Sequence record: ON529853.1
DNA: 64,000 nt
Direction: 5' to 3' (one strand)
The translations under genes were made by a program, and so were the position numbers. The notes below the pieces were generated by a model, which was given only the letters and a program-made list of their open reading frames with translations, searched no databases and was not told the origin of the DNA. Positions 56,523-64,000 of this stretch are shown piece by piece (position 1 is the first letter of the stretch; every line of letters begins with the position of its first letter).

Positions 56523-57950
56523 ATGGTCATTCGCGACACTGACGATCTGCCGAACCATCTGGCGCCGCTGCCTTACAACCTGATCGCCGACACCGACAGC
56601 TACAAGCTGGGGCACTGGACGCTGTATCGGAAGGGCACGACCACCGTCTACAGCTACATCGAGCCGCGCGGCGGCCGCTATCCGGTGGTGATGTTCGCCG
56701 GGCTCCAGAAGCTGCTCTACGAGAAGCTGGGCCAGCCCATCACCCGCGACCAGATCGAGGAGATGGCGAAGTTCGTGCCCGCGCACGGCTTCGAGTTCAA
56801 CCGCGACGGCTGGGAGATCATCCTGAACGAGTACGGCGGCCGTCTGCCGCTGCTGATCAAGGCCGTGCCCGAGGGTCTGGTCCTGCCGGTGAAGAACGCC
56901 CTGTTCACCATCGAGAACCTGGACCCGCGTCTGCCCTGGCTGACCTCCTACCTGGAGACGATGATCCTGCGCGACCTGTGGACCTCGTGCACCATCGCCA
57001 CGCGCATCTTCCTGATGACGCAACGCATCAAGGCGCACTGGGAGCAGAACTCGGACAACCCGATGAGCCCCTTCGCCCTGCTCGACTTCTCGTCGCGCGG
57101 CACCATGGGCTACGACCACTCGGTCATGGGCGGCATCGCCTACCTGTTCCACTACATGGGCTCGGACAACGTGCCGGCCGTGCGTGAAGCCAACTACTAC
57201 TACTTCGAGGAGATGTCGGCCCACTCGGTGCTGGCCGCCGAGCACTCGATCTCCTGCTCCTTCGGGCGCGACAACGACGACGACTACATCCGCAACTCGC
57301 TGGAAGTCGCCAAGCCGAACTCGCCGCTGTCGCTGGTCGGCGACACCTGGAACATCTTCAAGTTCGCCGAGAAGGTCGTCGCCAACCACAAGGACCTGAT
57401 CATCAACAAGGGGATCAAGTTCATCGCCCGCCCGGATTCCGGTGAGATCGCCGACGTCCTGCCGCCGGTGTTCACCACCCTGGCGCAGGGCTTCGGCACG
57501 GACCGCAACTCCAAGGGCAAGGACGTCATCCGCTACGGCGCCGCCGTTCTGCAAGGCGACGGCATGAACGAGCACACCCACATGGTGCCGTTCCAGGTCG
57601 CCGACGCCCTGGGCCTGGCCCCGGACAGCGTGGTCACGGCGGCCGGCGGCGGCCTGATGACGGCCGACCTCGACCGCGACACCATGAAGTGGGCGATGAA
57701 GGCCTCCGAGATGGTGATCGACGGCGAGCGCGTCGACATCTTCAAGGACCCGATCACCGATCCGGGCAAGTCGTCCAAGCGCGGCCGCTTCGCCCTGGTG
57801 CGCGATGAAGACGGCGCCTTCGCCACCATCAACCGCGTCAACGACGCCGAGGACCGCGCTGACCTGCTGGAACCGCGCTTCCACAAGGGCGACGTGATCA
57901 ACGCCACCACCCTGGCCCAGGTGCGCGAACGCGTCTCGGCCCAACTGTAA
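56523..57950 (+). CDS. nadV: Nicotinamide phosphoribosyltransferase
   Basis: DTDSYKLGH, DFSSRG, AAEHS, RPDSG, QGDG, KDPITDPGK.SK.GR. Confidence 0.92.
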   Translation: MVIRDTDDLPNHLAPLPYNLIADTDSYKLGHWTLYRKGTTTVYSYIEPRGGRYPVVMFAGLQKLLYEKLGQPITRDQIEEMAKFVPAHGFEFNRDGWEIILNEYGGRLPLLIKAVPEGLVLPVKNALFTIENLDPRLPWLTSYLETMILRDLWTSCTIATRIFLMTQRIKAHWEQNSDNPMSPFALLDFSSRGTMGYDHSVMGGIAYLFHYMGSDNVPAVREANYYYFEEMSAHSVLAAEHSISCSFGRDNDDDYIRNSLEVAKPNSPLSLVGDTWNIFKFAEKVVANHKDLIINKGIKFIARPDSGEIADVLPPVFTTLAQGFGTDRNSKGKDVIRYGAAVLQGDGMNEHTHMVPFQVADALGLAPDSVVTAAGGGLMTADLDRDTMKWAMKASEMVIDGERVDIFKDPITDPGKSSKRGRFALVRDEDGAFATINRVNDAEDRADLLEPRFHKGDVINATTLAQVRERVSAQL

Positions 57951-57961
57951 GGACCCTCCCC

Positions 57962-60003
57962 TTGACCAATATGATTCTCGAAGGCTCGGCCTCCACCCAC
58001 CAGACCCCGCTGGCGCCCAACCGCGCCGTCTGGGTCGTGGACGCCGAAGCCAAGACCGCGACCGCCGAACTTCTCGGCGGGCGGGCGGTGATCACCCGCC
58101 GCGCCAAGGATAACACCCTGCGCGGCGTCTTCACCCTGCCGTTGGAGATGGGCGGCCTGGAGCAGTCCTTCTCCCTGGCGGACTGCGCCTCCGTCTACCT
58201 GGCGCAACAGCGCGCCGAGACGCTGATCCGTGAGACGATGAACAAGACCCACCCGGTCATGTACGCCGACCTCGCCAAGGCCGAGATCGAAAAGGCCAAC
58301 GCCGAAGCCGGTCCGGACCCGTTCTGATGGCGAACCTGGACGCCGAGGTCGCACGCCTGCCGCCTCGGCTCCAGGCGGCGCACGCCCAGGGTTACATGGT
58401 GACCGATGACCTGGAAGGATTCCCGATCGACAACGCGATGCGCTTCCGGGTCCAGGTCTTCTCCCCGCGTTACGGCTGGGTCAACGCCTGGAGCACGAAG
58501 GGCGAGTTGCACGCCGATACGCCCGACCGCCTGATCAGCATCTGCAACACCCTGGCCGCCCACGGCGACCGGGTCCGAATCATCGAACTTGTTCCCTCCC
58601 TTTACAGGATTTTCGAGCCCGAATGACTCGTTTCACCGCCCAGATCGACGCCGAGTTCGACGTCGAGATTGATGAGAGCAAGGTCACGCCCGAGGTGCTG
58701 GAGGAGTTCAGCACCTACATCACCTATGTCGGCAGCGTCGAGGACCTGGTCGAGTACCTGGCGAACCTCTATGCGCGCGGCGTCATCGACGGCTCCGACC
58801 GGATGATCGAAGGTCTGGGGCGCCCGGAAGAGTTCGGCCTGAAGTTCGTAGGCTCGCACGGGGCCACGGACTTCGGCATGAACAACGTCAACGTCTTCAT
58901 CGCCCGCGCCTGACATGGTCTCGATCCGAGAACGCTACGCCCGCATCACCAAACGCGGCAAGGCCGACATCGCCGCCTGGAAGGCATCGCTGGAAAAGGC
59001 GGTCGCCCTGGGCGTGGCCGGCGCGGCGGAAGAACTGCGCCTGTTGAATCACTACGAAGCCCGCGCCCGACGCGACTATCGCGTGGCGCCCAAGCGCAAG
59101 GCCGCCTGATGTTCCAGCCCATCTACACCGACGAATCCCAGATCGCGCACTACCCCGAGGACGTGCAGACGCTCATTCGCGGGCTCCAGACCAAGCTGGA
59201 CGAGCGCTGGCGCTTCGTCATGGAGCAGTATTCGCACAGCGAGACGCTCGACAGCGGGGTGGTGGTCCACCTGTCCAAAGACGGCGCCTATATGCAGGAG
59301 CAGGTCGGCTACTTCTTCAGCCTGTCCTACGCCGCCTGGCTCTGCCTGCCGCGCCTGGCCCTTCAGGAGATGCCGCTGGACTGGCAGGCGCGCTTCGTCG
59401 CCCTGATGGAAGAGGGCTATGCGCGTGGTCTGACGGGACCCGACAACGTCTCGGTGGTGCGCAAGAAGGGCGGCAAGTTCGTCAACAACGATCACTGGAA
59501 CAACTACCGACGCGGAACCGTGCGCCACGCCAAGGCGCGCGACGCCGAACTCGGTATTGAGGATTGGACCGACGATGTCTGACCGCGACGCCGAAACAGC
59601 CGCCATCGCCATGCTGTGGCGTCAAGGCTACGGCTATTACACCGATCCGATGGAGGGCGGGCAGGACGCCTACGACCTCTCGATGCAGATGCTTGACCTG
59701 GCGGAGGCGGCGGTCAACGCCCTGCGCCGCACCGGAAGACTGGCTTTGAACCAAGACAATCCCTCCAACCAGGCCCTGTCGGACGAACGCAGCGACAACG
59801 CGCCCCCGGCCATCCGCGCCCTGTTCCGGGAATACGAGCAGGGTTGGGTTTTCAGCGCCCTGTCGGCGGCGGGGATCAACGGCAATCCCGCCCTCTACAC
59901 CGAGCAGCAGTTGACGCAGGGCGTGGCGCTCGCCACGGCGCTTCTGGAGGCCCAACGCCGACGCGACACCGAGGCGCTTTTTCAGCCCCGTCCTGGCGGT
60001 TGA
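57962..60003 (+). CDS. Run of hypothetical proteins (57962..58327, 58327..58626, 58623..58913, 58915..59109, 59109..59582, 59575..60003)
   Basis: Coupled ORFs. Confidence 0.65.
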
Positions 60004-60006
60004 GCG

Positions 60007-60040
60007 TTGACGGCCAAGATTGCCGGTAGTAAGTGTCAGG
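60007..60040 (+). promoter_or_regulatory. Promoter TTGACG-N17-TAAGTG with TGTCAGG overlapping +1
   Basis: Intergenic, upstream of DUF1643. Confidence 0.55.
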
Positions 60041-60041
60041 C

Positions 60042-60566
60042 ATGACGGCAATCACCTCACACGCGATCCTCTCCGAGGAAAATCCGCCCCTCTACCGCTA
60101 CTGGCTGGAGCGGGTCTGGGACGACGCCCTTCCGGTCATGGTCTGGGTGATGCTGAACCCGTCGACGGCCGACCACACTGTCAACGACCCCACCATCCTG
60201 GCCTGCATGGACTTCGCGCGCCGGAACGGCTGTGGGTCGATCGCGGTGGTCAACCTCTACGGGTTCCGCTCGCCGCATCCCAAGGTGATGAAGGCCGCGA
60301 AGGACCCGGTCGGCGACCTGACCTACGACCATCTGCAAAAGGCGATGCGGATGGTGAAGGATCGGCCGGGTTCGCTGGCGATCTGCGGCTGGGGCAACGG
60401 CGACTTCAACTACATGGCGCTGGGGCTGCGCCGGCACGCCCAGGACGCCGGCGTGACGCTGCATTGCTTCGGCGTCACCAAGGATGGTTCGCCCAAGCAC
60501 CCTCTGGCGCGTGGGCTCCACCGGATTCCCCGCGACACCCCGCCCCAGCCCTACACGATCGTCTGA
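60042..60566 (+). CDS. DUF1643-family protein
   Basis: YRYWLERVW, VMLNPSTAD...DPT, VVNLYG.RSPHP, CFG.TK.G.PKHPL. Confidence 0.85.
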   Translation: MTAITSHAILSEENPPLYRYWLERVWDDALPVMVWVMLNPSTADHTVNDPTILACMDFARRNGCGSIAVVNLYGFRSPHPKVMKAAKDPVGDLTYDHLQKAMRMVKDRPGSLAICGWGNGDFNYMALGLRRHAQDAGVTLHCFGVTKDGSPKHPLARGLHRIPRDTPPQPYTIV

Positions 60567-61892
60567 TGGCCCGGAAACCGCGCAAGGCCGCGCCGCCGCT
60601 CCAGAACCTGTGCCTGGAGATTCCGCTTACGAGGGCTCCAGCCCCCTACCTCATCGGCGTCGATCCGGCGGCCAAGGACCCCCAGTCCTGGGGCATGGCG
60701 ATCAGTCCGGCGACCGCGCCTCCGACCCCGCCGCTGGCCGTCGCCGCGACGCAGCAGGCGATCGACTGGAAGTCGGTGACCGCCGGGCTCGACTGGGCGA
60801 AAACGGCGGACACCATGGCGAAATACAAGGATGCGATCGCGTCCATTACTCAGGCTCAAATGAACTCGCTCTTTCAGACGAACATACTCGGCGCCCCCTA
60901 CGGCGGCCGCCACGAGGGTCGGTTTGAGCCGACGCGGGCGGAAGACCTGGGCTGCGTCGCCGCCATGGTTCAGGCCGTGCGGGACCACTACCAGGGCGAG
61001 GGCTTGAGCCTGGACTACTGCGTGAAAACCTGGCGCGACGAGGACCCCCGCTACCTCAATGCGTGGCTTTTCGGACCGCGTGGCGAGTTCACCGGCTTCG
61101 CCCGCGTCGATGCGCTCAAGGACGAGATGACGCAGCACGCGCGCCAGGGCCGTCGCGGCGACGTCGTCGTGGTGAAACCGCGAGGCCTTCCGATCTCCGT
61201 GTCTTTCCGGATCACGCTGCTGGTGGGCATCCAGGACGCCATGTGGCGCAAGAGCGTCCATGGGATCGGCGAACCTCAGGCCTACTACCAGTTCGCCACC
61301 TACGAAGACTACGCCGCCTGGGAATCCCTGGCGACCTACGACAGGACCAGTCTCGATGACCTCTAAACCCGACCGCGCCCTGGTGCTGGAGTTCTCTTCG
61401 GCCCTGCACGCCCTCAAGCCGGATGAAGAGGCGTTCACGCTCTGGCTCAACACCATGGCGGGCGGCGACTACGCCTTCGGCTACGGCCTGCTGCGGACCT
61501 ATGAGGACGAATATGATCCGTTCGGCGTGCTAGTGGCCCTCAATGGGGGAGACTGGCGCTGGGACGCGCAGGACGAATCCTGGGCCTACGCCGACTCCGC
61601 CACCACCCTCAACCCGCTGACTTTGGCGAAATGGCTAGGGATGGAACGGGACTGGGATTGGCTGAACATCTTCCTGGACGCCCTCACGCGCCTGAGCGAC
61701 CAGAACGCCTCTTTCCCGCCGATCGTCGCCGTACTGCGCGAAGCCTTGGACACGGCGCGGATCAGTCGCGACCGCTTCAACGACGGCGTGCATCTGGCGC
61801 ATACCAGCAGGATGTCCGGTCCCAACTCAGGCATGATTGACGAACGTCGCACGTACCGGGACTACGTCCGCAACCCCTTCTACGCCCGATGA
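60566..61892 (+). CDS. Hypothetical proteins 60566..61366 and 61356..61892
   Basis: Coupled ORFs. Confidence 0.65.
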
Positions 61893-62305
61893 GCGAGATC
61901 GCCAACATCATCGTCTGCGGCGGCCGCGTCGGTCGCAACCTGACCCAGCAACGGGTCTGGCGGGTCATGGACGCCTTGGCGCCCAACTGGCCGCGCCCGT
62001 TCCGCATCGTCCAGGGCGCGGCGCGCCTCGCTGACGAGTGGAGCGGCCAGTGGGCGCTGGCGCGCCACCACCCGATGCAGCCGGTGCCGATCGACCCGCG
62101 CTTCGACGGCGACGACCTGGACGCGCCCTACCAGCGCAACCAGCGCATGGCGGATCACTTCCCGCCCTATGCCTGCGTCGGGTTTCCCGGCGGCAACGGC
62201 ACCCTCAACATGATGACCATCTGCCACGAACTCGGCGTGCCCGTCGCCGATGTCGACCTCAATCACGACGGGACGTTTGAAATCCATTGGTGGCCTCAGA
62301 AATGA
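61889..62305 (+). CDS. SLOG-superfamily (YspA/DUF2493-like) protein
   Basis: IIVCGGR...IVQGAA..AD....WA...RNQ.M....VGFPGG.GT..M. Confidence 0.8.
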   Translation: MSEIANIIVCGGRVGRNLTQQRVWRVMDALAPNWPRPFRIVQGAARLADEWSGQWALARHHPMQPVPIDPRFDGDDLDAPYQRNQRMADHFPPYACVGFPGGNGTLNMMTICHELGVPVADVDLNHDGTFEIHWWPQK

Positions 62306-63567
62306 CCGACTTCGCCTTCGTCTACGCCAAACCGCGCCAGCATCTACTGACCGAGGACGGCGCGCTGGAACGCCACCGCCCGATCTACAAGGTCGACGCC
62401 CTGGGCAAGATGCGCGTCTGGTTCATGGAGCGCCAGGACGAGAAGCACCGCGTCGTCTCCGGCTTCGACGGCGGCTCGCTGGTGGCGAACGCCTGGACCG
62501 TGTGCAAGTCCAAAGGCAAGGGCAAGGCCCAGACCACGCCGCTGCAACAGTGCGCCAAGGAGGTCGAGGCCCTCTACAAGAAGGCGCTGGAGCGCGACTA
62601 TTACGAGACCCATGCAGAGGCCAAGGGTCCGCCGCGCAACTACCTGCCCATGCTGGCCGAAAGCTGGAAGGACACCACCTGGGACAAGTGGGTCGCCCGA
62701 CTGAAGAAGGCGGGCTCCACGCCGCTGCCGGGCACGACCGGGGTCTACTTCCAGCCCAAGCTGGACGGCTACTGCTGCATTTCCTACGACCGCAAGATGC
62801 AGTCGCGCGAAGGCCTGCCGATCCTGACGGCGCCGCATGTCGTCGCCGCGCTGGAATCCTTCTACGCGATGTTCCCCGGACGGCCGCTTCACGGCGAACT
62901 CTACAACCACGACCTCAAGGAAGAGTTCGAGGCGCTCGGTTCGCTTCTGAAGAAGCAAAAGGACATCACCCAGGACCACATCGACGAAGTCGTCGCCAAG
63001 GTCCAGTTCCACGTCTACGATTATCCGGGCGCCGGCGAACACCTGCCGTTCGGCGAGCGGATCGCCGCGCTGAAACGCGATCTGATCGCGGCCGGCGTTG
63101 ATCTCGACAGCGGCGTCATCCAGATCGTGGAGACGACTGAGGTCCAGGACGAGGCGCACCTGGAGACGCTGTGCGGCCTTGCCCTGGAAGCCGGATACGA
63201 AGGCGGCATCGGCCGCCTGCACCTGATCTACGAGAAGGCCAAGCGCTCCTGGAGCGTCATCAAGATCAAGATTTTCGATGACGCCGAGTTCGAGGTGGTG
63301 ATGGTGCTGGAGGGCGAAGGCAACTACGCCGGTTACGCCAAGGCGGTGGTCTGTTGGCTGCCCGGCGCGGACCAGGAGGAGGGGCCGACCAAGGACAACA
63401 CCTTCAAGGCCGGGATCAAGGGTCAGAAAAACCAGCGTCTCAAGGACCTGCTGACCGAGGAGAACCGGATCGTGACGATCCGCTACTTCGGCTACACCTA
63501 CGGCGGCACGGGCAAACCGCGCTTCGCCGTCGCCACCAAATGGCACGGCCTGGAACGGGTGCTGTGA
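62302..63567 (+). CDS. lig: ATP-dependent DNA ligase
   Basis: Motif I QPKLDG, III HGELY, IIIa FHVYD, IV YEGGIGR, V KIK. C-terminal OB domain with PRF. Confidence 0.9.
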   Translation: MTDFAFVYAKPRQHLLTEDGALERHRPIYKVDALGKMRVWFMERQDEKHRVVSGFDGGSLVANAWTVCKSKGKGKAQTTPLQQCAKEVEALYKKALERDYYETHAEAKGPPRNYLPMLAESWKDTTWDKWVARLKKAGSTPLPGTTGVYFQPKLDGYCCISYDRKMQSREGLPILTAPHVVAALESFYAMFPGRPLHGELYNHDLKEEFEALGSLLKKQKDITQDHIDEVVAKVQFHVYDYPGAGEHLPFGERIAALKRDLIAAGVDLDSGVIQIVETTEVQDEAHLETLCGLALEAGYEGGIGRLHLIYEKAKRSWSVIKIKIFDDAEFEVVMVLEGEGNYAGYAKAVVCWLPGADQEEGPTKDNTFKAGIKGQKNQRLKDLLTEENRIVTIRYFGYTYGGTGKPRFAVATKWHGLERVL

Positions 63568-64000
63568 TGGAGACCCTCAATCGCGGCCTTGAACTGATCG
63601 GCACCGGCGCCGCCGGACTGTTGGTGCTGGCGTGCCTCATCTTCGGCGCCTGCTGGTGCGGGATGAAGGTCGGCGACGTCCTGGAGCCGCTCGCCACCAG
63701 CGCGCGCGCGCGCCAGAACGCCTGGACCGCCACGAAGGCCCTGGCCCAGGTCCTGTTCTGGATCGCCGTGATCCTGGGCGCGCTGGCGGCCCTGGGCTGC
63801 CTGGTGGAACTCCTGCTCGGCGCGCCCCTGGCGGACGCCGTCAACACTCTGGCGAGGGCCTGACATGAAACCTGACCCCACCTTCATCGACGTCGGCATT
63901 CTCTACCTGTTCGGCCTGGGGGCCACGGCGGCTCTGATCATCATGGGCGTCAACCTGGTGCGGCGCTTCTCGACGACCGGGTTCGCAGGCGTCTGGCGTA
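63567..64000 (+). CDS. Membrane proteins 63567..63863 and 63865..>64000 (truncated by window edge)
   Basis: Hydrophobic helices. Confidence 0.6.

Larger units (their letters stand above)
1..64000. mobile_element. Fragment of a large (jumbo-type) bacteriophage genome, probably infecting Caulobacteraceae
   Basis: Dozens of short, tightly overlapping (ATGA/TGATG) hypothetical genes in two long unidirectional blocks. Phage-typical auxiliary genes (RtcB, NAMPT/NMNAT, DNA ligase, Ter, HNH). GcrA-like gene and CtrA box point to an alphaproteobacterial host. No housekeeping operons. Confidence 0.88.

Noticed and set aside
1-64000. tRNA or other structured RNA genes, expected given serS and rtcB
   Set aside because: No cloverleaf or TTCGA-type T-loop context found by eye. 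The larger gaps (19411-19653, 51692-51924) are filled by small ORFs. tRNAscan-SE or Infernal would be decisive.
1-64000. Diversity-generating retroelement, retron or prophage integration module
   Set aside because: No reverse transcriptase, TR/VR pair with adenine-specific mismatches, integrase or att-like junction to host genes seen.

Overview
This window is a 64-kb fragment of a large, GC-rich tailed-phage genome. It has densely packed small genes, no capsid, terminase or integrase genes, and no tRNA or CRISPR array that I could recognise. The host is probably Caulobacteraceae (Caulobacter/Brevundimonas; a phiCbK-like jumbo phage is my inference). The evidence is a GcrA-like regulator, an alphaproteobacterial XRE regulator and a perfect CtrA box. 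Genes run on the minus strand from 1 to ~37.3 kb, except for one plus-strand cadherin-repeat gene, and on the plus strand from ~37.5 kb to the end, with a divergent promoter pair at the switch. Recognisable products: ComF-like PRTase plus HAD, DUF262, GcrA-like protein, seryl-tRNA synthetase, a stand-alone class II aaRS catalytic domain, ferritin-like protein, XRE, NUDIX, HNH, BCS1-like AAA ATPase, AlkB, a 1068-aa cadherin-repeat protein, a Ter-type operon (TelA, vWA, TerC, TerD, repeat protein), RtcB, MazG-like protein, I78-like protease inhibitor, metallophosphoesterase, RelA/SpoT-type HD hydrolase, flotillin, NMNAT-NUDIX plus NAMPT, DUF1643, SLOG and DNA ligase. The most notable non-annotated signals: (i) about 11 copies of a promoter-leader-RBS cassette (TTGACN-N17-TACA with TTCCTT, GACGAC, AGGAGGAC), one with the core inverted; (ii) host cell-cycle wiring (CtrA box, GcrA, XRE); (iii) a Ter system split across two loci that includes a DMEALVRR-repeat protein; (iv) a terminator-like hairpin that hides an RBS and is bypassed by an internal promoter. 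All family assignments come from motifs read by eye; no database searches were run.
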